Positions 31,901 through 46,360 of a DNA stretch of 64,000 bases are shown here, piece by piece (positions within the stretch are counted from its first letter, which is position 1; every line of letters begins with the position of its first letter). The notes beneath the pieces were generated by a model. The model did not search any database. It was not told the origin of the DNA and was given only the letters and a program-made list of their open reading frames with translations. The translations under genes were made by a program, and so were the position numbers. Origin of the DNA: Hormiphora californensis (Eukaryota; Animalia; Ctenophora). The stretch spans positions 2,294,001 to 2,358,000 of the forward strand of contig CM035362.1 of the NCBI GenBank assembly GCA_020137815.1. The letters run 5' to 3'.

Positions 31901-32173
31901 TGTCATAGTGTTAAAAATCCTGGAAGAAGTAGAACTTGCATTGGCCATGCATATATCATATCGTGTCCGTCGTAATAATATTCTGTTTAGAGAATATTAT
32001 AGTCCACAACTACTTATGAGTATTGAGAACAGTGAATTTGGGAATGAGGCCGACACGTTTTTCATTTCACCCCTCATTTCAGAGTTATAACTGCAACGAA
32101 AGTAATGGATTTTATAAACTCCACAAACTGGAGGGAAGAGCTCTGAACCAGAGAGGGATCTATGACGCTTTCA
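28968..32173 (+). CDS. Inositol polyphosphate kinase (IP6K/IPMK family), 5' part; remainder not recoverable
   Basis: Exons at 28968-29036, 29342-29410, 30711-31070 and about 32083-32173. Motifs include KVGGR, ERRFYE, FIPQYRG, YLVLEDIT, PSILDLKMG (PxxxDxKxG) and TTSHTMGLR. Exon 4 has apparent frameshifts where sequence quality falls. Confidence 0.85.
29420..30601 (+). mobile_element. Retro-insertion: spliced-leader relic + LINE-ORF1-like ORF + (TAAA/TAA)n tail, TSD TCGTACT
   Basis: TCGTACT at 29413-29419 and 30602-30608. The 5' end reads TCAAACTTTTCAACACTACTTTAAACAAATTAATTTGAG and the tail is AATAAATAAATAATAA. The body is intronless. Confidence 0.8.
29485..30468 (+). CDS. LINE ORF1p-like protein (coiled coil + RRM/CTD-like), intact, no ORF2
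   Basis: The ORF is uninterrupted (first ATG about 29485). A coiled coil is followed by RSKNLMVFGLPE, RVG...RPVIVKL and GVYLSRDMSLAER...R, which are motifs typical of ORF1p from CR1/L2/Jockey-group LINEs. Confidence 0.75.
   Translation: MGRPYDMTVIPVRQEELTQADLDWYASRILTMVKYAGIPSPDLTRKLGSSPEDIREIPTSFNIHSSHTKRDLASVLEDVFMSTLPLLKYFQHRFNVEKSPELELKEERDELLRKSLELQKKEEILRVERDDLLRKTIRLQEQVIELQDTQLHRVTETVQKDLRSFSTVLTQNCRSALAPKNIKKDEGKAHGKKVDSSPDPDRSKNLMVFGLPEVEAESESVLKCEIENVLAELDEKPIVVAKRVGLKREGRERPVIVKLQSREMLLSLLQKARQLKQSESYCGVYLSRDMSLAERTERRELHLTLKELRESNPERQFRIRKGAINFS
31269..31397. repeat. 20-bp minisatellite
   Basis: Unit tcagggcctatttcaatttt, about 6 copies. Confidence 0.8.
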
Positions 32174-32999
32174 GGTATAATATCCTTGTTCCATAATCCA
32201 TTTCTTTGTTTTGTGACTCTGATCACCAAGTCAATAGGCTTTCTAGTTTCTATTTATAAATTGCGAACACTTTGAGACACACCTATAGATAGCCGAGGGG
32301 TGCAAAATACGATATATTAAGAGATTAATTTGTAGCATAAAGAATTCTTTCACTGAGACTTTAGGGCGTGTCTCGAAGTTTTCGCACCTTTGATTTGCGT
32401 CAATGAGACGTCAATGACATTATATGCAAGCACCATCTTTATTATTTTACTCGAATTTCATAAATCTCCATCAAAGTGTTACTTTTAAAGGAACTTTAAG
32501 ATTAACTTTAACCTAGATCAAATACACCATGGTCCCATGTGTGTATTATGCAATGATATCATGTAATTTGTAATATTCTATGGTCTAGGGTAGCTCAATA
32601 TGTTCCCGGGATGAACCTGCCTAGTGACTTGGCCGTCCATGCGGTAGTAAATTGATAGTAGGTAGCGATCCATGTTCGAAGGATTTTTCTAGAATTTCAT
32701 ATATGGGATTGTAAAAAATGCAATTAAATGCAATTAAACATTTATGCCCTGCAGCAGGGTCCCGCTCTGCTACTTCATTATCCGACAATTTCTGGAAAAT
32801 GATACACAAAATGAAATTTGTAGAAACGACCAGAGCTGAAAAAAAAAATCACCGATCTTTAAATACAATCCTAATAATAAAGTCAGTGTTTCTAAACAAG
32901 AACCCCATACCAGCAACATTTCACCTCTTGCAGGCAGTTTTTATTTCCCTTTCCACCCTCCCATACGGGGAAAGGATATTTCAAAACCTCCCTTCCCCC

Positions 33000-35620
33000 C
33001 CTTTTGCAGGCATATTTTCGATGGAAATAAATTAAAAAATTAAAAAACCGGGTTTTGGGGATTTGGGCCCTTTCCCCTAAACCCCAAAATCAAAACTTTT
33101 AGAGGTGAGAATTTTTTGGTTTTTTCACGGTTTTTAATTGTGGCGAAAAGTTTTTCCTTTGTGAGGGGGGTTTTGCCCAAAAAAAAGGGGGGGTTTCTAT
33201 GATTTTTGTTTGTTTTTTTTCATTTCTGTTTTTTTAAAAAATTTTGAAACGGTTCATTTTTTATTGGGGTTTAGCCTTTTCACGAAATAAGGGAAAATGT
33301 CCTCAAAAGTTGACTTTTTTTGGGTTAAAAATTTGTTAATGAAAAGCTCCATTTTTGTAGAGAGAGGGAAAAAATCTTTTTTATTTTCCCGGGTTGTGTT
33401 ATCTGTTTTTTAAATTTTTCCCCCTTTATCTAAAACAAACTTCCCTTTTTTCTAAAATTAACCTTTTTTTTTCCGGCCCCTCTCCTTCTATCCCTCTCAT
33501 CTCCCCAATCCCCCTCATTTTTCTAACAGATCCCTCCCTCATTGACAAAAAAGGTTTCCACCTCAGCCCTTTTCCTGCTGCCCCCCTTTTTTCTGGTTTT
33601 AACGGTGGGAACCTCAAAACCCCCCTCCCAAGGTAATAAAGGAGAGATTTTTGTGTAGCTCACGTTTTTCCCTTTTTCGTTTTATGACCCTGTGAGGGGG
33701 AATTGCCGTAGATATAAAAGATATCCCCTGCCGGAAGATTTTATATTTCTTTGCACTGTGGGGGGCCCAAGTCTGAAAAGACTCTTCTAGCTCAGGACTC
33801 TCACACTAAGAAGAGCTCTGCAGATAAAACCTCAGCTGTTTAAAACAATCTTTAAAGATATATTCACTGTAGTAAACTAGCTCCGGGGACACACACTTTT
33901 ATACGCTTTTTCTCATCCTCCCCTTTAGAGCACATTTGCTCCCCCCCTTGCACTGAAAAAGGGGGGGGGACAAAAGAAAAAAATTCACCCGAAACCCAAA
34001 CCCCCCCTCCCCTTTCCTCTTCTCTCTCGCGAATACCTTTCATCCGTTTTTTCCCGGTTTAGTCGACAATTTTTTTCCGAGCTCTTTTTCGGAAATCTTT
34101 TTTAAAATCTCAAAAAGGAAAAGAAAACTAAATATTAAGTAGTCTAATCTATTTTTTTCCCCCGGGGGGGCCCCCCTTTTTTTTTCCTTTCCTTCTTCTC
34201 TTTCTTTCTCTTTTATCCCCCTCCCCCTTCTCCCCCCTTTTTCCTCTCTCTTTCCTCTATCTTTTTCCCTCTGTTTTTTTCCCCTTTCTCCCCCCCCTTC
34301 CCTCCCCTTTTCCTCTAAATATTTTTAAGAATTCCCCCAATTTGGGCCAACCCCAAAAGGCCCGGTTTTCCCCGGGAAACCCCTTTTTTGGCTAAATTTT
34401 CCCCAAAAACCCCCGGGGGGCCCTGCAAAAATTTTGGGGGAACCCCCCGGGTTTGGGAAAAAACCCCCAAAGGCCCGGGAAATGAAACCCCAATATTTCT
34501 TCCCTTTTTCCCCTCGGAGCACCCCCCAATTTGTAAAAAATTACATCGTTTAGAGAGTGTGTTTAATTTTTAAAACACTTTTAGGGGAACTCTGTAAAAT
34601 TCAAATTAGCATTTTTACCCCGAATAATACCATTTTGGGCCCGGTATAATTTTTTTTAACCCCCCTTTTAATGAAAATTTGGGGGCAACCCCCAAAAAAA
34701 ACAAAAACCACAAATTGGTTTCCATTGAAAAAAGATTTTTTGGAACCAGGCCAAAAGGGTTTTTTGAAGCCGAAAAAAGAAAAATTTAAAACAAAAGGAA
34801 GAACATAATAAATTTAAATTTTACCAACAACCTTATTTTGGTTTTGGGAATTTTAAAAAAGGGAAACGGTGCACAGGGCCGGGGGCCGATTTTTTCCCCT
34901 TGGTTTAAAGGGATTATCATTTTTGAAATTTGAAAACTATTTAAAAGGAAAATTTTTCAATTTTAAATACCCCGACCATTTGGAAAAAAATTTTCTTAAA
35001 CGTTTTTATAATTTTTCCGAAATATTTGTTTCCTTTTTTTCCCAAAAAGGGGGGGGAAACGGGAAGAGTAGGAGGGGCCCCGGGAGCCCAATTTTCTTTT
35101 TTAAAAGGTTTGGGGGGCCCCTTAAATTGTTGAAAGGGGATTTTTGGGGGAGATAAAAAGAAATTTAAAACCCCCCATAAAGTTAAAGAGGGAAAAAAAT
35201 TTTAAATGAAAAAGGGGGGGAGAAACCCGATCCCCCTTTTTTTGGTTTTTTACAATTTTTTTTAAAAAAAAGGGATTTTGCCAGATTTCCCCTTTTCCCC
35301 TCCCTTCCCCCCCCCCAAAAATTTTGAAAAAACAACCCCCTACCCCTCCACCCTTCCCCAAACCACTCCCTTTACCTAGCCTTTTCTCCCCCCTTTTCCC
35401 CAATTGCCGAGTTGCGCTTTTCGCCGGCCTTTTTTTTAAAAAAGGGGGTGAAAATAAAAAAGGGGGCCCAATTTTAAATTGGGGGGTTTTCAAAAAAATT
35501 TTTTTTTTCCCCCCTGTAAATTTTAAAAACCCTGGAGGGTTTGTTAGGGAAATTAGGAAAGGGGGGGCTGAAAAAGGGCGGAAGGGGAAAGCCCAGGGTT
35601 TTTTGGGTTTTTTTTTTTTT

Positions 35621-35665
<45 letters not shown>

Positions 35666-35678
35666 TTTTTTTTTTTGG

Positions 35679-35726
<48 letters not shown>

Positions 35727-35737
35727 CCCCTTTTTTT

Positions 35738-35789
<52 letters not shown>

Positions 35790-38700
35790 AAACCATGGGG
35801 GGGGAGGGAGGGGGGGTTTTAAACAAAAAAAAAATTCTCGCAAGGGAATTTGTTGGCAAAAATCAAAATGGACAATGCAGTTTTGTTTCAAAAATTTTTA
35901 AAACAAAATAAGGCCAAGAGGGTGAAGAAAAAACAACAAATTTTCACTCCCCATTTTTCTTCCTGGCAAAAGGTGTTTCGGGCGCCCCGGGCCCCCGAAC
36001 CCCAAATGAAAAGAACATAACAAATTTTTCCCAAGGCCAAATAAATTCTTTCCCTTTAAAACCAAAAACCGGATCATGGTTTAAGGGAAAAACAAAAAAA
36101 AAGCCCCAAAAAGGGTTTTAAACCCTTTATCCCTTTTTTTTCTTTTCCCCAATTATTTTGGTATTTCACTTCACTTCCCCTCTTCTCTCCCCTTTTCTTT
36201 CTCCCCTCTCTTTTTCCCCTTCTCTCTCTCTTTTTCCTCTATAAACCTATCTTTCTTTCTCCTAATTCGCCTCTCGCTCCTAAACATACTTTTCTTTTCT
36301 CCCCCAAATGCCCCCCCTTGGGAAAGCCCCCCATTCTGTTTTTAAACCCTATACAAAACCCCCTCCCTTTTGTAGGTATTTTTAAACCCTTTTTTTTTTT
36401 CAAAAAAGGAAAGCTTCCAACATCTTCCCCGAAATGTTTAAAAGAAGATGAGGTTTAAAGAAGTTTGCACTTTTGTTAGACTTTAATTTATGTTCGGGTT
36501 CAACAAGTTAGTAAAATAAATGAAAAAATAAAGTTTCCACGGGCCCGTGTCAAATGTCCAAAAAAACTTTCAAACTTTCCTTCCCTGCCCGGGGCCAGGG
36601 AGGAGGGGGGGGGTGAGGGAGAAAAAGTGGGGGGGTTGGGGGGTTTAAGGGGGGTTTATGAGGTTCGGCGAGATTAGGGAGTTAGAAAGTTGAGAACATA
36701 AAATCGCTCCCCGGCCCAAAATTTCCCAAAGGAAAACCGAAAAAAAAACCCCGCAACATCAACCCCCAAACCCCTAACGGGCAACCCCCCCCACCTAACT
36801 ACTTCCCGCACCAAAACCCTAACGGCCCCTTTTCCCCTTGTTCGACCCTTCCTAAAATTTGTTTTGTTCAAACCTTTTGGGGAGGGAGGGTCGAACAAGG
36901 TAACCTAAAATAAGATAAAATAAAAACGGTTTGAACAAAACAACCAGCACTCACACCTAACGGGGTGAGGGGGTAAGGAGGGGATAAGAGAATGTGTGGG
37001 TTAGGAGGGAGTGAGAGATTAGGTGGGGGTTATGAATTATAAAAGGTAGGGGGGCCCCTGGGGTAGGTCGGAGACCAAATATGGGCATATCACGTGATGG
37101 AGAGAGGGAGAAAATTTGTTTGTATTTTGCGTGGGTCTTGTTATGTGGTGTAGTGTTTGAAACATAAAACCCCCTACACCCCGAAACAAAACATGCACAC
37201 GGGGGAAAGGATGTGGTGTGTGAGACACGGTTTGAAAATGTGTTTTACTGTGGAAAATTTACGGTGCTGAATGTTCAATGGGTTTCGGGGGGTATCTACA
37301 AAATTAATAATAGATCTAGTAGGGTGGGGGGGGGGTGTCTGGGTTGGGTCTGGGGGTTTTAGCTAAAATGACTAATAGTCTAGTGGGGGTTTTAGGGGGT
37401 CTATTTGGGCCCGGGGGTTTTATCTAGCTAGATTACTAAAAAATCTGTGGGGTTGAGGGGTTTTTTTTGGGGGTTTGGGGGGGTATTAGTTTAATCTACA
37501 AACTGGGATCTATTTGGGTTTCTGGGGGAAACCTAGTGGGCTCTGAGGGGTTTATCAAAAGGGGTTTCAAAGGGGGTTTTTTACCCGGGTCTGAGGGGAA
37601 ATTTGTTGAGGTTTTTGAGGGGTATCTTGCAGGGTCGGAAGGATATCTAGTTGAAATACCCGGGTTATTGTTGGGATCAATTGGGCCCCAAAGGGATGAC
37701 ACCCCCCCCCCCACGGGTTTGGGGGTAAAAATCTTTTTTTTATGGTTCGGGGAAAACCCATTGGGGAAATTTAGTGAAAGGAATTTGCTTTTCCCATATA
37801 AATTTCAAAACTTAAAGCACATTTCCAAAATTTTTCCCCCTCCCTCCTAACCTTCAAAAAAAATCCCCATCGCCCCCCAAAACCCCCCGGTCCCGGAGGG
37901 GTTGTGAGAAAAAGCTGCCCGTTTTTTCCATCTCAAGCCCGTGGAAAAATTTTTTGTTCATTATTGGGGGGGGGGGCACGTAAACCGTAACGTGCACAAA
38001 AAAATTTTTCACATTAAAAAAATGTTATTTAAAGTTTTTACAAATGTTATAAAGTGTTATAAAGTGTTACAAATTGTTACAAAGTGTTGTTTTGTTCAAA
38101 CCGGGGAGGGAGGGTCGAACAAGGCAAACAAAGTGTTGCAAATTGTTACAAAAAGTAAAATTGTTCGAAAGGGACCCCTTTTTAAACCTTTTTTAAAACC
38201 GTGGAAAACAGGGTAACACTATGGAACACTATGTAAAACCCCTTTTTAACACTATTTAACAATTTTTAACACTATGAACACTTTTTAAAATTTCAACACT
38301 TTCTAAAAACTTTCTAATGTTTGTGCAAAAAAAAGTTTTCTGGCCCCAGGTTTCGTGTGACCCCCTCCCTTTTTTTTACTAAAATTTTTGAAATGAACGT
38401 CCAGTCAATAAAACCCCATCTTCTTGAACCCGGATTTAGAGCAAGGGTTTTTGGGAACCAATTTTCCTTATTTAACAAAACACTACCCGAGAGAGATAGA
38501 GAGGAAAAGGGGAAAAGAGAGAGAGAGATAGAAGAGGAGAGAAGAGAGAGGCGAGAAAGGGGTGGTTTTGTTGGGTGGGAGAGAGAGAAAGGGAAAGTTT
38601 TCGCTTTCAGCGATTTTTATTTTTGTTTTTTGCAAGGGGGGGGGAAAGGGGGGAATCTTGTTTTTACGGGAAAGGGAAATCTTGTTTTATTTGTTTTTTA

Positions 38701-40700
38701 TACCAAACAAAAGTTTCCCAAAAAAAATTAGTTTTTGCATGGATTATGGATAAGGGGGTTTTTATTTTAATTTTCGGGGTTTTTGAAGGTTCACACCCCC
38801 CTTTTTGTGGGGGGAAAAGTTTTTTTTTGCGTTCCCCTTTAAAATGTTAAATTTCCGGGGTTTTGTTTGCGTCCCAAAATTTATAAATTTCACCTGGCCC
38901 GGGCTTTGGGGGGGGGGGATTGACAACTTAAAAAATCCCCTTTTGGGGGTTTTAACAACACTTAACGACAACATATGCCCGCCCCCAAAGGGAATAGAAT
39001 TTCAATTTGAGAGGAAAAGAGAGAGAACCTCTGTTTTAAGGGGGAGGGAAATCGTGTGGTTTTTAAAATCCGATAGTATTGTCAAAATGGTATTTGGGGC
39101 CCGGGCCTCCTCTTTTTCGCTTTTTAAAGGGTTCCCAACCCCCCCCGATGTCTCCTCACTAAAGTAGATAGTCCAAAAAATGGGTAAACCCCGTTTTTAA
39201 AAAACTCTTTTTCATCCCCAAAAAAAAAGCCCGGCTGCTTGGTTTTGATAAACTGAGGGGGATCCCCCCAAAAAAATTAACAAAATTTTTTGACTTGACG
39301 TAGGTTGTTGGTGCCATCCCTTAAAATCCTCCAGTCCAAAATTTTTCCCCAATAAGGGATCCCACATCTTTTCGACATGAAATGCTATTATTAGGTGATT
39401 AAATTTATTAGGATATAAATAATCAGGATATAACATAATAAACCGTGGGGTGCGGGGACTGGGGAGGGAGGGTCGAACGGTAAGTGGTAAATACTTGTTT
39501 TGTTTGTGGCGCGAAGAAAGATAGATTTGTTTGTCTTGTTTGTGGCGCCACTTAACGATTTCATAGCTTGTTTTGTTCGCGGGAGAGATCAGAGAACAAT
39601 ATCGAAAACGCCGAACAGCCAAAATTTGTTTGTTCAAACACGGGGGATAAACCCAAAAAAGCGTTTCGCTCTTGAAATTTCATTGGAATCGGGGTGATTT
39701 GCAAACCCCTTTTAAAATCCGTTTTTAAGCGACTTTACCCCTAATTCTTGGAATTTGGCCCCATTGGTTTTGTATTTTCAAAAGGGGGAAAACCGGGAAA
39801 TTTCCCCGGAATCTAAAGGGAAAATCGTTTGAAACCCCACTTAAAACTCGGGGAAAGAAAAGGAAAAAAGCGAAACTTAAAAAAAGCGAAACCCAAAAAA
39901 GCGAAAAAAAAAACGCTAAAATAAAAAAGCAAAAAAAAAAACGGCAAAAAAACAAAAAAAGCGAAACAAAAAAAACCCAAAAAAAAAACCCGAAAAAAAA
40001 AAGCGAAAAAAAAAAGCAAAGATGAAAAAACCCCACGGTTCTTTTTTTTTTAAAGGGGGCCGCCCGCCATTTTTTTGGCTTTTGGCTCTGGGGGCGGCGT
40101 CGTTTGCCGTTCCAAAATCAGTAAAACACAAAAAACCTTTTTTTTTTTTTAAAAAAAAATAAAAAGGGGGGAACAAAACAAACTTCCACGGGAATATATC
40201 ACAAAATAAAAGGGGCCCTGCAATCCATCATTTTAATATTCCCAATTTCCCCTTTTACCCCCCTACAAAAATTTTTAAGCTGGGTAGACCTAGATCTACT
40301 CAGAACCACTTGGGAACATTACCACGATCATTTTAACATTGCTTGAATTGGAGTTTTTGAATCATCTTCACCCAATACTTACGAAAAAACACCGAGGAGA
40401 ATTGAAAAACGGGGCTTAAAAAGAAATTTTTGTTTTTTTGCCTCTTTGCAGTTCTCGTGGATCCCCACCAAAAAACACCTTGCTGTGTTTCGGGGCTCTA
40501 GCTCTTACAGTTTTAGTTTAAGGGTGATCTAAACCCAATTTTATTTAAATCGATTTTACCGGACCCCCCCGATTTTACGGGGGCGGGGGACCCCCTATTT
40601 ACCCGGGGGTCCATGCTTGTTTTTTTTCCCCTTGGGGGGCAAGGGGAAAATTGGGGGTTTGGGCAGCAATTTTGGCCTTTGTCCCAAAACACGTACCAGG
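33000..40700. other. Low-quality, homopolymer-inflated sequence (probable unpolished consensus)
   Basis: Composition shifts abruptly to long A/T/G/C runs, with a poly-T-rich tract of about 190 nt at 35600-35790. It contains garbled copies of repeats that are clean elsewhere, e.g. ggaccccccccgattttacggg at about 40560. Confidence 0.75.
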
Positions 40701-41518
40701 AGAGTTATCTTGTTACAATTCCAAGACTACAATTATATACTAAGACTTTACCAAGATTTGAGACCGGCCTGTTTATGAACTCAGTATTTCGTGTAGATTT
40801 GAAGGAACTCTAAGATATATCATTATCAGAGATCAGAGAGAGAGATTTTTGACGAAAATAATAAAACATTTATATAAACAGTTCCTGGCCCCGATATATG
40901 GCGTGTACCGGGTACCGTCTCGGAACTATCTGTAACTCGTCAGGGGCAGTACCAATTGTAGTTTGCAAAGGTATTGAGCTATTATTATAGTCGTTACCAA
41001 ATAGAGTACTACCATGCCAGTAGTTAGGGTCTGAATGTGGTCTGAAACCCCCTAGGAGCACGGCGCTTTTCTGAAAGCACTCTTCGTTTCAGACCACAGT
41101 CAGACCCTACCAGTAGTACAAGGGATATTAATGTTACAATATATCGTGCTGAGCACGTACCATTAGTAATATCTTTTAGCAAATATTTGGGGTTATATTG
41201 TTGCATTGTAATTTTTCGGCAGTCGGCATGAGGCCGCGTTGAGCAGCCAGCGATTTCTACTATTCGATTATACAATTCATATGATTGAGGTATGCGATGG
41301 ACATATTTTGTTGTTGAAATCAGTTGAGCTGATTTCTTGAGTAGTTGAGTTGAGACGACAGCTTGAGAGACTTATAATGGGCCATTGGGGCCACACCACC
41401 CTCGGAAATATCCCTCGCTTACTATAATGTTGTTTTTATGTTTGGAGGGGGATCAGATTAATTACAGATCTGATGTAGCTGAGCTTATGGTCATTGGACT
41501 CTATTTACTATAACAGGA

Positions 41519-41549
<31 letters not shown>

Positions 41550-43199
41550 GGAAAGAGAGAAATAGAGAGCTCCTAGAGGTCGGGTTAATTCCCTTGACTC
41601 ATATGGATTTTAATATATGGCGTTTGGCTTTATACACTTTTGCCTACGCAGAGTTCGTTTTATTGGTATCTTTAGTCATAGGTGAATGTATTGTTTTCTA
41701 CATAGGGTTCAGACTTAATAAATTAAATTCGTGTGTACTGTTGTGTTCAGAGAGAGAGAGGGGGAGTTCAGAGGGATTTGTTTTTACCCGACCCATCTCC
41801 CACAAACTAGACTTGGGTAGGGTACAAGCAAGACAAATACAGAGGGAGATATACCATAGAAAATGATGGAGAGAAAATAATGTCAGATTTGTCAATCCAC
41901 CCGCTGCATAAATTATGGGGTCTTGATGATTTGGCAAATTTGTCAAGCGAAGACAAGTTGTACTATACAGAAAGAGTTATTGAAGTGTACGCGTTCTGTC
42001 GAAAGCATGATTTTTCCGCAGAACAAAAGGTTGTCGTTTTAATTGTTTTTTATCATTGAAAATAAAGCTACAGTCTCGATATATCCCGACCGATAATATG
42101 GTGACAGGTGAACATAAATTTGGTTGGTTTCAGAATTAAATTTGTCTGTATCTCTACTAAGTACTAATATATCGGACTTCGCTATTTAACAAACCTTGCC
42201 ACAGCTCAGTAGACTGTTGATCGACATAGACATGCAGACTGTAGCTTTATAACAATTTGGCTACCGATACATATCAAAATACACATAATATCTCTTGAGA
42301 TCTGTCTCTAGATAGAGACACGGATCTTGCTTGTAATTATTCTAGAAATTGTAGCATATAATGCGGTCAATATGCAGTGATTCCAGGGATATATCACATT
42401 GGATTGCTGAACTATTCAGATGTGATATTATAGTGATCTGTGTGCATAGTTTCGTATAGGCCACATATATCTTGAAACGTCCACAACTCACATGTGATAT
42501 GATTCATGTTTACGAGATATATAGTACACGTGATACTGATTTATATAAAGCAATGTCCTTGGTCTTCCATTGCATTGTTGAGTGGCATTATTATCTGGGG
42601 AACGACCATATGCTGTGTAGACCGAGAAAAGGCAGAAGAAGAAGGTGAATACATAGCTTAGACAGAGGCCTTTTATTGGAGACAAATTATATAATTCATC
42701 CTCCAGTCTGACTTGTATACTGAATGAGAATTATGAGTTTTTCTCATGCAATCGACCCTGGTCTCCCTTCATGCATGCAACTCCCAACATATTATTACAT
42801 GAAGTATGATCCAGTGTGGCTACTTTTCTCCAGAATTAATTACTTGCTTCTTCTTCTTCTTCGAGGCTGTTCCAGCCCCATACAAAGTAGCACAGGAGGC
42901 TACTTTCCCCAGTCTGGAAATAACTTGCTGGCTGGTATTTTATAGCTTTGACAGAGCTAGCGTCTCACTTGTCCAAAAAACTATATTTATTAGAGTAAGT
43001 CATAAATCGAGGACAATACCCACAATCCACGTGCTAGTTGTTGAGTAACAACAAGAAAGGAAGTTGATATGAAGAGTGATTGAACTTGAGATTGTCCTGC
43101 AGAAGTGTCATGTGAAAGTAGATCCTGAGTAGACACAGATTGTTCTATATATCTCACCAAGTGTTCAACTAAGGGCTGTGCTCTGTAATATCGATGTAG

Positions 43200-43308
43200 C
43201 AGGAATCGACCGAATCGGGAAATACTGGTCCCTGATTGGCTGATAACCAGTCACGTGACCTAAATAACGAGCTCTGATTGGTTGTTTACTTGTTTCGGTC
43301 GGTTCCTG
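43200..43308. mobile_element. 109-bp hAT-type MITE (other copies 1791-1883, 2302-2404, 57939-58047)
   Basis: TIR CAGGAA(T/C)CGACCGAA...TTCGGTCGGTTCCTG. The 8-bp TSD is CGATGTAG here, AAACGTAG at 57939 and CTGGGAG(G/A) at 2302. Confidence 0.88.
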
Positions 43309-43642
43309 CGATGTAGAAACTTTAACCTTGGCAAGTAGAATCTAGGATCTAAAGGTACTGAAGGAGAGGTTTCCATGGAAGGGTCGCCGCCCGTACGTAG
43401 CATGTATGTGATAAGATACCCCACCACCACCCAGTGTCAAGTTGTACATAATGTGAGTTTTCCTGGTTTGTTTAAACAACCCCGTACCGGGAGATTCTGA
43501 ACAATTCTCTTTGATAAACAAGGAAAATCACAGGGGAAAAGAGATGCATTTATTCGTCGCTTTTATGAAATTATACTAATGGACTAATGGTGTTTACTGC
43601 TAATGAAGGTTAATGAAGACGGTGGTGACAGATCACTGACAC

Positions 43643-43759
<117 letters not shown>

Positions 43760-45509
43760 CTAATGACGTCAATTGGCGGTAATCCAGACACTCAATACAC
43801 GAATCCGCGCCATGGAAATGCATGTACACTACTCAAACACCCTACGACTTCTATAACGTTCATGATTCTGCTCATTTAGTCTTGAAGGAGACAGTGTCTC
43901 TGAACAAGACATCCTACTCATGATCGGATATCAGCTTAGCCAATTGGGAGGATGACTGCAGACTGGTTTGGTTTGGTTTGGTTTGGTTTGGTTTGGGCCG
44001 CTCATCTGGGACTGTTAACAGTCAAACTGCAGACTGGTGTGAGAGTAGAGAGATAGAACAGACAAGTACTTGTCTGTTGTGAAGTGACAGCTAATAAATA
44101 AATCATGAACTTGAAATCTACGGCTGCTCATGACTTGGGTGGGTCCATTACAATTAATCAGTTCAAGCAGCCGATCTTATAAGGAGCTACTGAGCTGTGA
44201 TTTGGGGCGGGGGCACACAAATATCACATACAGATCCACAGGGGGCATGCAGATTTGGTTTGGAGAACTTGGGGCCGAGAGATCAGTAGGGGTAATATAA
44301 TAGGATGCAAATGTTCTGCTACTATAACCGCGGTGAAAGATCAAAGAAAGAGCTGGAGTATATTCTCTCCAGAACTGTAATGGTACAACTATAATAATGC
44401 TCGATAATGGAGTTATAAGAATAGTTTGTACCTGACCCTTCAATTTTCAAGAAGGGCCGTGAGTAAACTAGACAAATAGGCAGAGAAATCACGATATATG
44501 AAATTAACTGATACCGCATATACTGATCTGGACGCCGCTAGACAGGTACTTAGTTCAGTATAGCAATCTAGATAATGAGATGAGTGAAGCCTGGAACCCC
44601 TGCAGTAGCTCCCCTTGAAGCCCCTACAGCTGCAACTCCTCGATGAATATTTTAGTAAGTTCATGTTTCAAGTCCCTGGGGAATAATGAATTATATTTCT
44701 AGGGAGGCACGAGTACCCCCCGGGTTTTATAATCTGTCTTCGCATTTGTCACCCCTGGTATGAATCACATTAGATGTTCTTCGTGTGGGTGTGGTTAGAA
44801 AGATTCTAAAGTAAGACTATATATCCTCTCTGTCGTCATCATAAAATGAACGAGTCATAATTGATGATCACTACACTTGAATTGTGTTAAAAAGTGTCTC
44901 AGTCGTCAATTGACATCACATCTTTGTTCTATGACTCATATAATATGTTGTTGTAGGTCACCGATGATGGCAATTTAGCCGAAAGTACTTTTGGATGGAA
45001 ACCACTGCGTATTATCACATCTCAAAACCTCGTTCACATCATTGAGTGACAATTGTTCTTCACTGCATCTAAACTAGGATGTACTCGAAAGTCTTAACTT
45101 TTGTTTCCCAACTTTAAGTCCCATGGTGCGTACGGTCGTCTAATATCAAGACACGGAAATGTCGAAGAAAAAGGCCAAAAGGGGGCACACGTACATATTT
45201 CCCAGGGTCTGAAACAGTGAAACGGCGTGTCTTTAAAACGTTATAATATGTCGTTGAGACACACAGAAGATCCTTTGGACAGTGGTTATTTCGGGCTTAC
45301 ACACCTTTTGTTGGGGCAGTACATAAAGAGCTCTGCACTCTGAGAGTCAGCTAGACGTTGTGAGTTTGAGAAACAATGACATTTGTCTACTTAACTCCAG
45401 ACCTTTCCAAATGTAAGCTGTTCTGCAGCGAAGGTGAGAGAGAGAGAGGGTGAAAGAGAGAGGTGAGAGAGAGAGAGATAGTGAGAGAGAGGGAGTGAGC
45501 TGTGAGATA

Positions 45510-45622
45510 GAGAGACAGAGACAGAGACAGAGACAGAGACAGAGACAGAGACAGAGACAGAGACAGAGACAGAGACAGAGACAGAGACAGAGACAGAGAC
45601 AGAGACAGAGACAGAGACAGAG
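45510..45622. repeat. (GAGACA)n microsatellite
   Basis: Seen directly. Confidence 0.95.
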
Positions 45623-46360
45623 AGCGAAGATCATGAGAGGGCAAGTTAAACTTTGATCAAGTTTGCTAAAAAGATTTCTACTTATGGCTACTCAGTAAAA
45701 TTGTTTCTGTGGCCTACGCAGAACGCCAGAACGGAATATTCACCAATTTCCAAGTCGAAGGAAGAGAGTTGGGCACGTTTCTCCCCTCTGTGTTCTCACA
45801 CGAGAATCTGGCCACCTCCAGAGTCCAGACTCTAGATTAGAAATCCAATTGGATGGGGATATATATGGAAAGTATGGGTATTATAAAAACTCTCCATTAT
45901 ATGTTCCCTAAATATAATTTATTATGTTCTAACTCTTGGGGGCGAAGAGATAGACGGTCGAATATCCGGTGTTTGGAGTTTCATAGTAAGTAAGTAGGTA
46001 GGAGTTTCATATTTTATTAGGTGTCATATACTATACTGGAATCAGAAAGTTTCTGCAATGTAAAATAAACATTCTGCATGATGATGATCTGGGCCCCAGG
46101 GCCCTTCTCACGTACGGTAGATCGGGGGAGCTAGAACAAACTTCTAGAACTGCTTATTATATACCCTCTGTCAAAGCATTGGTGAGAACCACGGTCAGAC
46201 TGTCAGACCAATATGCTCTGACCACAATTCTCGCGCTCGAACTCAGAGCTTGTTGAGTTAGGGGAAAACTGTCTGGCCGTGGACCCCATCCGAGCACACT
46301 GTCGTGTATTTGAGGATCAGTTGAGGATCAAATCGGGGTCTATGGTGCCTACAAATAGCT

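Noticed and set aside
35122-35911. Poly-Lys and poly-Phe ORFs
   Set aside because: These are translations of a poly-T tract in the low-quality block.
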